From positions 11,382 through 75,381 of the forward strand of contig JAGATV010000032.1 of assembly GCA_017621075.1 (NCBI GenBank): a stretch of 64,000 nucleotides of DNA. Reading direction: 5' to 3'. This DNA comes from Lachnospiraceae bacterium. Lineage in GTDB: Bacteria; Bacillota; Clostridia; Lachnospirales; Lachnospiraceae. Numbering within the stretch: position 1 is the first letter of the stretch; each line of letters starts with the position of its first letter. Shown here piece by piece: positions 37,838 to 47,643 of this stretch. Made by a program: the position numbers and the translations under genes. Under the pieces are notes generated by a model. The model ran no database searches and was not told where the DNA came from. It saw only the letters and a program-made list of their open reading frames with translations.

Positions 37838-39394
37838 CTATATCACCCTGGTCGTCCATTTTGTGCAGTCCCACACATCGGTGGCCAGCCCTTCAAAAAA
37901 TTCCGGTTCGTGGCACACCATGAGGATGCTGCCTTTATATTCCATGAGAGCGCGTTTTAACTCCTCTTTGGCGTCCACATCCAGATGGTTGGTGGGCTCG
38001 TCCAAAAGCAGCAGGTTGGAGGCTCGGTTGATGAGTTTGCACAACCGTACCTTTGCCTGTTCGCCGCCGCTTAAGACCTTGACTTTGCTCTCAATATGCT
38101 TGGTGGTGAGGCCGCACTTAGCAAGTGCGGAACGTACTTCATACTGGGTGAGGCCGGGAAATTCTTTCCAGATTTCCTCAATACAACTGGTTTCCGGGGG
38201 ATTTGTCATCTCTTGTTCAAAGTAGCCGATCTCTAAGTAATCCCCGCGTTCCACATTGCCGGAAAGGGGTGGGATCAGTCCCAGGATGCTTTTTAAAAGA
38301 GTGGTCTTGCCGATGCCGTTGGCTCCGGTCAGAACGATTTTCTGACCCCGCTCCATAGACAGGTTCAAGGGTTTGGAGAGCGGTTCGTCATAGCCGATGA
38401 CCAGGTCCCCGGTCTGGAAGATAATGCGTCCACAGGTGCGGGCTTCTTGAAAGCGAAACTCCGGCTTGGGTTTCTCTGCAGCCAGTTCGATCACGTCCAT
38501 CTTGTCCAGCTTTTTCTGGCGGGACATGGCCATGTTGCGGGTAGCCACCCGGGCTTTATTGCGGGCAACAAAATCCTTTAAGTCGGCGATCTCCTTCTGC
38601 TGGCGGTTGTAGGCGGCCTCCAGCTGGGCCTTTTTCATGGCGTAGACTTCCTGAAACTTATCATAGTCACCCACATAGCGGTTCAGTTCCTGATTGTCCA
38701 TGTGGTAGATCAGATTGACCACGCTGTTTAAGAAAGGAATGTCATGGCTGATTAGGATAAAGGCATTTTCGTAGTCGTTTAAGTAGCGCTTGAGCCATTC
38801 AATATGTTCGGCATCCAGATAGTTGGTAGGCTCGTCTAAGAGCAGAATGTCAGGTTTTTCCAGCAAAAGCTTGCCTAACAGCACTTTGGTGCGCTGCCCG
38901 CCGGAAAGTTCGGTGACATCCCTTTCCAGGCCGATGTCCGTAAGGCCCAGAGCCCTTGCCACTTCTTCCACCTTGGAATCGATCATATAAAAGTCATGCA
39001 TGGTGAGCAGGTCCTGAATGGTGCCAAGCTCCTCCATGTAATCCTCCAGTTCTTCGGGGGAGGCATCCCCCATCCTGTCGCAGATCTCGTTCATCCGGGT
39101 TTCCATTTCAAATAAAAAATCGAAAGCAGATGACAGCACATCCCGGATGGTCTGTCCTGCAGTCAGTACCGTGTGCTGGTCCAGGTAGCCTACCCGGACA
39201 TTTTTGGCCCATTCGATCCTGCCCTCATCCGGCATCAGCTTTCCGGTGATGATATTCATAAAGGTAGATTTTCCTTCGCCGTTGGCGCCGATCAGGCCGA
39301 TATGCTCCCCCTTTAACAGACGGAAGGACACATCGTTAAAGATTGCCCGGTCTCCGAAGCCGTGGGTCAGGTGTTCTACGTTCAGTATACTCAT
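37838..39394 (-). CDS. ABC-F family ATP-binding protein (YfmM-like)
   Basis: Two NBDs (GANGEGKS, GANGIGKT), LSGG x2, no TM. Confidence 0.93.
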   Translation of the reverse strand: MSILNVEHLTHGFGDRAIFNDVSFRLLKGEHIGLIGANGEGKSTFMNIITGKLMPDEGRIEWAKNVRVGYLDQHTVLTAGQTIRDVLSSAFDFLFEMETRMNEICDRMGDASPEELEDYMEELGTIQDLLTMHDFYMIDSKVEEVARALGLTDIGLERDVTELSGGQRTKVLLGKLLLEKPDILLLDEPTNYLDAEHIEWLKRYLNDYENAFILISHDIPFLNSVVNLIYHMDNQELNRYVGDYDKFQEVYAMKKAQLEAAYNRQQKEIADLKDFVARNKARVATRNMAMSRQKKLDKMDVIELAAEKPKPEFRFQEARTCGRIIFQTGDLVIGYDEPLSKPLNLSMERGQKIVLTGANGIGKTTLLKSILGLIPPLSGNVERGDYLEIGYFEQEMTNPPETSCIEEIWKEFPGLTQYEVRSALAKCGLTTKHIESKVKVLSGGEQAKVRLCKLINRASNLLLLDEPTNHLDVDAKEELKRALMEYKGSILMVCHEPEFFEGLATDVWDCTKWTTRVI

Positions 39395-39472
39395 GATCTC
39401 CTCCAAAATAAATGTACTATATGGGAGTATACCTTATGAAACAGGTATTTGTCATCTGAAATTTAATTCTAT

Positions 39473-39501
39473 TTGCCGAAAAAGCATACCTATGTTATAC
39501 T
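39473..39501 (+). promoter_or_regulatory. Sigma-A promoter
   Basis: TTGCCG-N17-TATACT with extended TG. Confidence 0.6.
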
Positions 39502-39533
39502 ATAGGAGGATTTCCAAGAAGGAGGAGATAGCG

Positions 39534-40454
39534 GTGAGATTAGTGACACGTTCTGATTTTGACGGTTTGGCCTGTGGAGCATTGCTTTTGGAGGCCGGTA
39601 TCATAGACAGCTGGAAGTTTGCGCATCCCAAGGACCTGCAGGATGGCCTGGTGGAAGTGGACGAGAATGACTGCCTGGCAAATGTGCCTTTTGTAGAAGG
39701 ATGCGGACTGTGGTTCGATCATCATTCCAGTGAACATGAGAGACTGGAATTGGAAGGAAAGTATAAGGGCGAGAGCCGTATCACTCCCTCCTGTGCAAGG
39801 ATCATTTATGAATATTACGGCGGACGGGAGAGATTCCCTCAGTTTGATGATATGATGGAAGCAGTGGATAAAGTGGATTCCGGCAATCTGACCATCGATG
39901 AAGTGATGAATCCCACCGGTTGGATTCTGGTAGGGTTCCTAATGGACCCCAGAACAGGTCTGGGAAGATGGAGACAGTTTTCCATTTCCAATTATCAGCT
40001 CATGGAGAAGCTGATGAATGCCTGTCGTACCATGAGCACCGAAGAGATCCTTGCTCTGCCGGACGTGCAGGAGCGTATCGCAGTCTACAATGAGCAGACC
40101 GAGAAATTCAAGGTCATGGTGAAAGAGCATACCAGAGTGGAAGGCAATGTGATCATCAGTGATCTGCGCGGTGTAGACCCCATCTATACCGGTAACCGTT
40201 TCATGATCTACAGCATGTATCCGGAGCAGAATATTTCTGCATGGATCGTAAGCGGCAGAGGCGGACAGGGATGCTCTGCGGCAGTGGGCTACAGCATCTT
40301 GAACAGGACTTCTGACGTGAATGTGGGCAGCCTGATGCTGAAATATAACGGTGGCGGACACAAGAAGGTGGGAACCTGCCAGTTCTCCAATGAAGATATG
40401 GAGATAGAGCTTCCCAAGATGCTTGCGGAGCTGTGTCAGATGGCAAATCAATAA
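39534..40454 (+). CDS. DHH/DHHA1 phosphoesterase (exopolyphosphatase/nanoRNase-like)
   Basis: GTG start after AGGAGG; RSDFDG, FDHH, GGGH. Confidence 0.85.
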   Translation: MRLVTRSDFDGLACGALLLEAGIIDSWKFAHPKDLQDGLVEVDENDCLANVPFVEGCGLWFDHHSSEHERLELEGKYKGESRITPSCARIIYEYYGGRERFPQFDDMMEAVDKVDSGNLTIDEVMNPTGWILVGFLMDPRTGLGRWRQFSISNYQLMEKLMNACRTMSTEEILALPDVQERIAVYNEQTEKFKVMVKEHTRVEGNVIISDLRGVDPIYTGNRFMIYSMYPEQNISAWIVSGRGGQGCSAAVGYSILNRTSDVNVGSLMLKYNGGGHKKVGTCQFSNEDMEIELPKMLAELCQMANQ

Positions 40455-40466
40455 AACAGATATGAG

Positions 40467-40501
40467 AATGGGGAGAATCCTGCGGGAAGCTCCCCATTTT
40501 T
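40467..40501 (+). terminator. Intrinsic terminator
   Basis: aatggggag...ctccccatt + T run. Confidence 0.7.
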
Positions 40502-40617
40502 GTGTTTTTTGGCAGACATCATTGCCTGACATGCTTAAAATGCAAAAATAGGGAAAAGCTATAGTCAGTATGTTTTGGAGGCGGCTGTCACAGACCGCCG
40601 GAAAAAGGAGGATATTT

Positions 40618-41271
40618 ATGAAAAAATTAATTGTGATCTTAAGTCTTGGGCTGGTCCTGTGCTGTATGACCGCATGCGGGAACCGGGAAGGGCAGGGTGC
40701 CACAGGCACCACCCAGAGTACAAAGCCCCAGGAGTCAAGCACCATTCCTGTCCAGACAGAAACGGCACCTGCAGAGGGGGCGCAAGAGACCGGCACCGGC
40801 GAAGTACAAGAGGGCTGGAGTGCAGAGATGCAGGCGGTTAAGGATGCCATTGTGGCACAGCTGGGGGACAATTACTGGCCCAATACGGCTATTACTCCCG
40901 ATCTGTTGGAAAGTTTCGTGGGAATCACTTCTGATATGTATGATGATTATCTGGCAGAGTCGCCCATGATCAGTACAAATGTAGATACCTTGTTGATTAT
41001 CAAGGCAAAAGATGGTAAGGTAGAGGCAGTACAGGAAGCTGTGAATGCTTATCGGGAAAGCAAGGTGAACGATACCATGCAGTATCCCATGAACGTAGGC
41101 AAGATCCAGGCTTCCCGGATTGAAACCTTTGGAAATTATGTGTGCTTCGTCCAACTGGGCGCAGATACCTCTTCCCTGAGGGACAGCGGGGACGAAGCTG
41201 TCATCACGTACTGTCAGGAACAGAACGAACTGGTGTTAGAGATCATTCACCAGAATCTCCCCGCAGAATGA
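40618..41271 (+). CDS. DUF4358-like lipoprotein
   Basis: MTAC lipobox, Thr-rich linker, PMISTNVD..QYP motif. Confidence 0.8.
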   Translation: MKKLIVILSLGLVLCCMTACGNREGQGATGTTQSTKPQESSTIPVQTETAPAEGAQETGTGEVQEGWSAEMQAVKDAIVAQLGDNYWPNTAITPDLLESFVGITSDMYDDYLAESPMISTNVDTLLIIKAKDGKVEAVQEAVNAYRESKVNDTMQYPMNVGKIQASRIETFGNYVCFVQLGADTSSLRDSGDEAVITYCQEQNELVLEIIHQNLPAE

Positions 41272-41319
41272 TCTGTTTTCAAAAGAGTCCGTGGGCGCGG
41301 AAAGGTATGATGGATTGCC

Positions 41320-42735
41320 ATGGTATTTAGCAGTGTTTTATTCTTATTTCGATTTCTGCCCATATTTTTAATCTGTTATTTCATGGTTCCCCAGAGGATG
41401 AAAAATGTCATCCTCTTTTTGGGGAGCCTTGTTTTCTATGCCTGGGGAGAGCCGGTGTATGTATTTCTGATGTTGTTCTCCACGGTGTTGGACTATAGCC
41501 TGGGACGGCTGATCGATATCAATCGGAAGAACGGTTCCGCAAAGGTTTTTCTTGGAATGTCCATCCTGGTAAATGTGATGATCCTGGGTTTTTTCAAATA
41601 TGCGGATTTTCTGCTGCAGACCGTCAACGGCGTGTTTGGCACGCAGATTCCTCTGTTGGGGCTTCCTCTTCCTATCGGAATCTCCTTTTATACCTTCCAG
41701 ACCATGTCCTATACCATCGATGTATACCGGGGTGAGGCGAAGGTGCAGAAAAATCTGTTGGATTTTGGTGTATTTGTGACCATGTTCCCACAACTGATCG
41801 CGGGACCGATCGTAAAATACAGGCAGGTGCAGAATGATCTGCACAGGAGGTCTGTGGATGTCTGCAGGATCAGCGAAGGAGCCAAACGTTTTGTGGCAGG
41901 TCTGGCCAAGAAGGTCCTGATCGCCAATAACATGGGGGAATTGTGGAAGCTGGTTTCCGGTATGGAATCTCAAAGTATGAGTATGCTCACTGCATGGATG
42001 GGAATTTTGTCGTTTGCCTTTCAGATTTATTTTGATTTTTCCGGTTATTCCGATATGGCCATCGGTCTGGGTACTATGTTCGGTTTTACCTTCCCGGAGA
42101 ATTTTAACTATCCTTATATTTCTGCATCTGTCACGGAATTCTGGCGCAGGTGGCATATTACCCTGGGAAGCTGGTTCAGAGAGTATGTGTACATCCCGTT
42201 AGGAGGCAACCGTAAGGGACTGGGCAGGCAGATCCTGAATATCCTCATCGTGTGGATGCTTACGGGTATCTGGCACGGGGCAGGATTCCATTTCCTGTTC
42301 TGGGGATTGTGGTTTGCGCTGTTTTTGATCCTGGAAAAACTGTTTTTTGGAAGGGTGCTGGATGCATTGCCCAAATTTATGGGAAGGTGCTACACCTGGC
42401 TGGTGGTCTTATTCGGATGGGTATTCTTTGCCTTGGAAACACCCGGAGCCATCCGGGGATATCTGAGGGCAATGTTCGGTATGAGCGGAGCAAGCCTGAT
42501 GGATCAACAGGGGCTGTTTTTGGGCCGGGAGTACCTGGTGCTGTTTTTGGTGGCGGCGATCGCATCCACGCCACTGATAAAGGGACTGATACAGAAGTTA
42601 GGAAGTGCCGGGACCGGTTATTCCATAGCATTGTACAGGCTGGGAGAAAAGGTGATCCCCCCCGTGCTGCTGCTCCTTTCCGTTGCTTATGTGGTGGATG
42701 CCTCATATAATCCATTCCTGTATTTCAGATTTTAG
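41320..42735 (+). CDS. MBOAT O-acyltransferase (AlgI/PatA-like)
   Basis: LPIGISFYTFQ, DFSGYSDMA, FWRRWH, GIWHG. Confidence 0.93.
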   Translation: MVFSSVLFLFRFLPIFLICYFMVPQRMKNVILFLGSLVFYAWGEPVYVFLMLFSTVLDYSLGRLIDINRKNGSAKVFLGMSILVNVMILGFFKYADFLLQTVNGVFGTQIPLLGLPLPIGISFYTFQTMSYTIDVYRGEAKVQKNLLDFGVFVTMFPQLIAGPIVKYRQVQNDLHRRSVDVCRISEGAKRFVAGLAKKVLIANNMGELWKLVSGMESQSMSMLTAWMGILSFAFQIYFDFSGYSDMAIGLGTMFGFTFPENFNYPYISASVTEFWRRWHITLGSWFREYVYIPLGGNRKGLGRQILNILIVWMLTGIWHGAGFHFLFWGLWFALFLILEKLFFGRVLDALPKFMGRCYTWLVVLFGWVFFALETPGAIRGYLRAMFGMSGASLMDQQGLFLGREYLVLFLVAAIASTPLIKGLIQKLGSAGTGYSIALYRLGEKVIPPVLLLLSVAYVVDASYNPFLYFRF

Positions 42736-42753
42736 GGAAGGGAGGCAGGAAAT

Positions 42754-43872
42754 GTGATGGATGAAAAGAGAAATGCTTTGTTTACGGCGGGGATGCTCGC
42801 AGCGATCCTGCTGGTTTTTCTGATAGCGGACCTGTTCCATGGTGACAGGGTCTACTCGGAGATGGAGAACCGTCTTTTGACCAAAAGGCCGGAGCTGTCC
42901 CGGGAAACCTTCCTGACGGGAGAGTTCATGGAAGCGTATGAGGAATACCTTACGGATCAGTTTGTAGGCCGTGATAAATGGGTGGGATTAAAGACCCGCA
43001 TGGATATCCTGTCTGGCAAGAAGGACATCAACGGCGTCTATCTGGGCAGGGATGATTACCTGATCGAGCAACACCCGGCGGAAATGTTCAGCAGACAGGA
43101 GGAGGTCAAGAAAGCGGTACAGCTGCGGAAGCTTGTGGAGGAATGGGATGCAAGGGTCATGCTGGTGCCTACCGCAGACAATATCCTGACAGATAAGATG
43201 CCCTCCCATGGCGCCTGCTATGATGAGACCCGGCTTTTGCAGGAAGTGCGGGAACAGGTGGGGGAACGCAGCTATATTGATGTATACAGCGTGCTTTGGG
43301 AGCACAAGGATGAGGAGATCTACTATCGCACGGATCATCACTGGACCAGCAGAGGGGCTTATTATGGTTATCTTGCATGGACGAAGGAGACCCATAGCTT
43401 TTTGTATCCTTACAATGTAGACAACATGACAACTGTGTCAGAAAATTTCCGGGGAACATTGCATTCCAAGGTGCCGGTGGTGGGCACCAGGGACATCATA
43501 CAGATTTTTCCGGAAACGGAGCTGAGAAAAGTTTCCGTAACGTATGATTTCGGAAGGGCGGCTACATCCTTTTATGAGCCGGGGCATTTGGATACGAAGA
43601 ATCAATATGCCTATTTTCTGGATGACAATCATGCATTTATAGAGATTGAAACGGATTACAAGACGGACCGGACCCTGTTTTTGATCAAGGACTCCTACGC
43701 CAACAGCATGATCCCGCTGCTGCAGCCTCATTACAGCAGGATATATGTATTGGACCCCAGATATTACAACGGTTCTGTTTCCGAACTGATGAAGCAGTAT
43801 GAACCGGAGGGAGGCATGGATGTGCTGGTGCTGTACAACTGTGTACATTTTATGGAAGACTTCCGGTATTGA
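42754..43872 (+). CDS. DHHW family O-acetyltransferase (AlgJ/PatB1-like)
   Basis: YYRTDHHW, KDSYAN, DPRYY. Confidence 0.88.
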   Translation: MMDEKRNALFTAGMLAAILLVFLIADLFHGDRVYSEMENRLLTKRPELSRETFLTGEFMEAYEEYLTDQFVGRDKWVGLKTRMDILSGKKDINGVYLGRDDYLIEQHPAEMFSRQEEVKKAVQLRKLVEEWDARVMLVPTADNILTDKMPSHGACYDETRLLQEVREQVGERSYIDVYSVLWEHKDEEIYYRTDHHWTSRGAYYGYLAWTKETHSFLYPYNVDNMTTVSENFRGTLHSKVPVVGTRDIIQIFPETELRKVSVTYDFGRAATSFYEPGHLDTKNQYAYFLDDNHAFIEIETDYKTDRTLFLIKDSYANSMIPLLQPHYSRIYVLDPRYYNGSVSELMKQYEPEGGMDVLVLYNCVHFMEDFRY

Positions 43873-43891
43873 CACAAGAAAGGTTTGAGCC

Positions 43892-44752
43892 ATGGCAAGT
43901 TTAGGAATACCTCAGAATACCATTGAAGTACTGCAAAAGTACCATTTTAATTTTCAAAAGAAATTCGGGCAGAATTTTTTGATCGATACCGGTGTGCTGG
44001 AGCGGATCATGGATACGGCCGATATCACAGAACAGGACTGTGTCCTGGAAATCGGTCCCGGCATCGGCACCATGACCCAGTACCTTGCGGAGAGGGCAAG
44101 GGAAGTGGTGGCGGTGGAAATCGACAGAGCACTGATCCCTATTTTGGAGGATACACTGTCTGCCTATCACAATGTGACTATCATCAATGCGGATATTCTG
44201 AAAGTGGATATCAGTAAGATCGCAGAGGAGAAGAACGGCGGACGTCCCATCAAGGTGGTGGCCAATCTGCCTTATTATATCACGACGCCCATTATCATGG
44301 GGCTGTTTGAGAGCAATGTACCATTAAAAAGCATTACCATCATGGTGCAGAAGGAAGTGGCCGAACGTATGCAGGTGGGGCCTGGCACCAAAGATTACGG
44401 TGCCCTTTCCCTGGCGGTGCAGTATTATGCAAAGCCCAGGATCGTGGCCAATGTGCCGCCCAACTGTTTTATCCCCAGGCCGAATGTCGGCAGTGCGGTG
44501 ATCTGTCTGACCCGCTATGAGAAGCCTCCGGTGCAGGTGCAGGATGAGAAGAGGATGTTTGCACTGATCCGGGCTTCTTTCAATCAAAGGAGAAAGACCC
44601 TTGTGAACGGCCTGGGCAATGCCGGGGAACTGCAATTGTCAAAGGAACGGATTCTTGCGGCGTTGGATGAAATGGGGCTGCCCTCCACTGTGAGAGGAGA
44701 GACCCTTACGCTGGAACAGTTTGCGGTTTTGAGCAATCTGCTCCCGTCTTAA
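43892..44752 (+). CDS. rsmA: 16S rRNA adenine dimethyltransferase
   Basis: KKFGQNFL, EIGPGIG, ANLPYYIT. Confidence 0.96.
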   Translation: MASLGIPQNTIEVLQKYHFNFQKKFGQNFLIDTGVLERIMDTADITEQDCVLEIGPGIGTMTQYLAERAREVVAVEIDRALIPILEDTLSAYHNVTIINADILKVDISKIAEEKNGGRPIKVVANLPYYITTPIIMGLFESNVPLKSITIMVQKEVAERMQVGPGTKDYGALSLAVQYYAKPRIVANVPPNCFIPRPNVGSAVICLTRYEKPPVQVQDEKRMFALIRASFNQRRKTLVNGLGNAGELQLSKERILAALDEMGLPSTVRGETLTLEQFAVLSNLLPS

Positions 44753-44768
44753 GAATTGAAGAATATTT

Positions 44769-44819
44769 CGATATTTAGTTTTACAAGATATGGTGCCCAC
44801 ACTATATCTTGTATTTTTT
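44769..44819. promoter_or_regulatory. NrdR-box-like inverted repeat and/or rsmA terminator
   Basis: TACAAGATATGGTG-ccca-CACTATATCTTGTA + T6; further copy CGATATTTAGT at 44769. Confidence 0.45.
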
Positions 44820-44946
44820 ATGCATTTTTCAGTCATTTATTTTTGACAGATCTATAGATACTATGATAAACTTAGGGAGAAAAAAGTGGGGGAGTCTGCT
44901 TTTCGTAACTGTTGGGACCAAAGACTAGTAAAGGAAGCGAAATACC

Positions 44947-47628
44947 TTGGATAAGTATGAATATAAAGTAAGTGCAGATGAAATCAAGGAACTGATTGCC
45001 CGGGGTGAATATGCTCAGGCGGCAGAGATTGCTGATACCATAGACTGGCGGAGAGTCAAGAGTGTGATGATGCTCTGTACCATCAGCGATCTGTACAAGA
45101 TCAACAGAAGATATGAAGATGCCAGGGATCTGCTTCTTCTGGCTTATGAGCGCAGACCGGGCGGACGTACGATCTGCTATTCGCTGTGTGAACTTTCCAT
45201 CAAGACGGAAGAGTTTGTACAGGCAGTGGAGTATTACAAAGAGTTCGTGCAGGTGGCGCCCAAAGATCCGGGCAGATATATCCTGCAGTATAAACTTTAC
45301 GAAGCCCAGGATGTGAGCCTGGAGGAACGGATCGAAGTACTGGAGGAATTAAAGAAGCGGGATTACCGCGAGAAGTGGGCTTATGAGCTGGCTTATCTGT
45401 ATCATAGGATCGGCCTGGCTACCCGTTGCGTGGAGGAGTGTGACGAGCTGATCCTGTGGTTTGGTGAGGGTAAGTATGTCATAAAGGCCATGGAACTGAA
45501 GATGCTCCACCAACCCCTGACGCCGGAACAGCAGGAAAAGTACGACCAGCGTTTCGGGGCACAGGAAAAGATGGGCGATACAAAGGAATTTGGCACGGTG
45601 CCGGATGAGCAGACTGCTCAGGAGGGGCATATGTCCGAGGAGGAGATGGACGGACAGGACCAGAGTGTATATGAGGCAGAGCAGGTATCCGGCCTGTCAG
45701 GGCAGAGCGTTTATGAGGACCGGTCTCAGCAACAGGAGACAAAGACAAAGCAGGAGGAAGAACTGGATATCCATGTAAAGACCATGGATGTGGGAAAGTA
45801 TAATACCATCAATCTCCAGGCGGAATTGGCGGCAGGGTTGAAAGAAGTGCTGGGCGAGGAGAAAAAGCCTGTGGTGGAGGATCCCATCACCCGTTCCATC
45901 GTGGCGCCTATGATGGATTCCGACACAGAATCCCTGGATTATCCTGAGATCGGGGAAGTGGATGAGGAGGATCTGGAACCGGAGTCCGGTGTGGAGGAAA
46001 TGGAAAGCTCCGAGGTCTTTTTCGGAGAGACCGAAGAATTAAGTGATGTACAGCAATATATAGCACAGCAGGATACGGCACAGTCCTGCCCGGAGGAGCC
46101 TGCAGAACAGCCGTCTGCGGAAGAACAACTCTTGACGGACGAGCAGCTTTTGACAGAAGAATTGTCTGAGCCTGTGGACACTATCGCCCGGACTGTCATG
46201 GAAGAGTTCCGCCGTGAGAGCTTGGAAGAAGCGGAAAAGCAGGTTATCCATGCACAGCCCCCCAAAGAGCTTGCAAATGTGCTGGCACAGGAATCCGACG
46301 GGCAGATCAGTCTGGTGGTTCCCGAGAGCCGGAACGTGGAAAAGCAGATTACGGGCCAGATGAATATTGAAGATATTCTGGCCGAATGGGAGCGCATGAA
46401 GCGCGAAAATGCGGAAAAGAATGAAGAAGAGGTCCGCAGGCATGTATTGGAGCAGACAGGGGATCTGTTTGCAGAATTCGATGCTGCCATGAAGGAAGGC
46501 CTTTTGGAGAAACTGGAGAGTGAGGCAGAGACAGAGCCTGCGTACGAGGAAGAGCCGGAAGCAGAAGCGGAGCCTGCGTACGAGGAAGAGCCGGAAGCAG
46601 AAGCGGAGGCTGCGTGCGAGGAAGAGCCGGAAGCAGAAGCGGAGGCTGCGTGCGAGGAAGAGCCGGAAGCAGAAGCGGAGGCTGCGTGCGAGGAAGAACC
46701 GGAAACAGAAGCGGAGGCTGCGTGCGAGGAAGAGCCGGAAACAGAAGCGGAGCCTGACACCGACGAGGTGGAGGAACTGGAGGAGATCGCAGAAACCGAA
46801 GAAACCACAGAAACCGAAGAAACCACAGAAGCTGCTTTTGACCAGACTCCTGCAGAGCCCGTGGAACGGGAAAAAGCCAAGGTGCGCACCCTTACCAGGG
46901 AAGAAAAAGAGATGTTTGCTCCTTATGTGCAGAACAGATCTGCCAGAGAGCAGTTGGTGCATGTCATTGATAATATCACGATGGCGGCCTACACCGGAAA
47001 CGTAGTCATCACCGGGGAAGAGGGTACGGACACCCTGGGGCTTGCTACCAACATCATCCGTGAGATCAAACAGACAGACAGCAATTTCTCCGGAAAGGCG
47101 GCCAAGATCTCCGGCCAGTCCTTAAACGGCAAGAATGTGGTGGATACCGTGACACAGCTTGACGGCGGTGCTTTGATCATCCAGAAGGCTTCCGGCATGA
47201 CCGATCCCACGGTATATCTGCTGAATCAGTCCCTGCAGCAGGAACAGCTTGGCATTGTGGTAATCATAGAGGATACCAGACCTGCCATGGACAAATTCCT
47301 GGCAAAACATCCCGAACTACAGAGCGGATTCCCTCTGCGCATGGATGTGCAGGCTCTGAGCAATGATGCCCTGGTAGCATTCGGCAGACAGTATGCAAAG
47401 GAAAAGGAATATTCCATCAGTGAGCTGGGTGTCCTGGCACTGCATACCAGGATTGAAGAAATGCAGACCATGAATCACGCAGTTACCATAATGGAAGTAA
47501 GAGATCTGGTGGATGATGCCATTCATCACGCAAACAGAAAGACTCTGGGACATTTTATGGATGTGCTTCTGGCAAGAAGGTATGATGAGGAAGACATGAT
47601 CATATTAGGAGAAAAAGATTTCAGTTAA
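44947..47628 (+). CDS. TPR-domain protein with acidic repeat linker and degenerate CbbX/SpoVK-like AAA domain
   Basis: N-terminal helical repeats; E-rich middle; C-terminal GNVVITGEEGTDT..GGALIIQKA..PELQSGFP; TTG start, promoter TTGACA-N18-TAAACT at 44843. Confidence 0.8.
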   Translation: MDKYEYKVSADEIKELIARGEYAQAAEIADTIDWRRVKSVMMLCTISDLYKINRRYEDARDLLLLAYERRPGGRTICYSLCELSIKTEEFVQAVEYYKEFVQVAPKDPGRYILQYKLYEAQDVSLEERIEVLEELKKRDYREKWAYELAYLYHRIGLATRCVEECDELILWFGEGKYVIKAMELKMLHQPLTPEQQEKYDQRFGAQEKMGDTKEFGTVPDEQTAQEGHMSEEEMDGQDQSVYEAEQVSGLSGQSVYEDRSQQQETKTKQEEELDIHVKTMDVGKYNTINLQAELAAGLKEVLGEEKKPVVEDPITRSIVAPMMDSDTESLDYPEIGEVDEEDLEPESGVEEMESSEVFFGETEELSDVQQYIAQQDTAQSCPEEPAEQPSAEEQLLTDEQLLTEELSEPVDTIARTVMEEFRRESLEEAEKQVIHAQPPKELANVLAQESDGQISLVVPESRNVEKQITGQMNIEDILAEWERMKRENAEKNEEEVRRHVLEQTGDLFAEFDAAMKEGLLEKLESEAETEPAYEEEPEAEAEPAYEEEPEAEAEAACEEEPEAEAEAACEEEPEAEAEAACEEEPETEAEAACEEEPETEAEPDTDEVEELEEIAETEETTETEETTEAAFDQTPAEPVEREKAKVRTLTREEKEMFAPYVQNRSAREQLVHVIDNITMAAYTGNVVITGEEGTDTLGLATNIIREIKQTDSNFSGKAAKISGQSLNGKNVVDTVTQLDGGALIIQKASGMTDPTVYLLNQSLQQEQLGIVVIIEDTRPAMDKFLAKHPELQSGFPLRMDVQALSNDALVAFGRQYAKEKEYSISELGVLALHTRIEEMQTMNHAVTIMEVRDLVDDAIHHANRKTLGHFMDVLLARRYDEEDMIILGEKDFS
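46534..46756 (+). repeat. 36-bp coding tandem repeat (~6.2 copies)
   Basis: gaggaagagccggaagcagaagcggaggctgcgtgc units encoding EEEPEAEAEAAC. Confidence 0.95.
46792..46830 (+). repeat. 18-bp tandem duplication
   Basis: gaaaccgaagaaaccaca x2 (ETEETT). Confidence 0.8.
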
Positions 47629-47643
47629 CAGGAGGAAACTGCC

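Noticed and set aside
39204-39533. N-terminal extensions of track ORFs (also 2482, 4496, 26638-27201, 52448, 54870, 55112, 56383)
   Set aside because: They overlap neighbouring genes or promoters; downstream RBS-supported starts match family N-termini.
46534-46756. 36-bp repeats as a CRISPR array
   Set aside because: Units are contiguous with no unique spacers, in frame inside a CDS, and no cas genes are present.
45939-47005. Long repeat-rich ORFs in other frames (316, 307 and 161 aa)
   Set aside because: Shadows of the stop-free tandem repeat in the real 893-aa gene.
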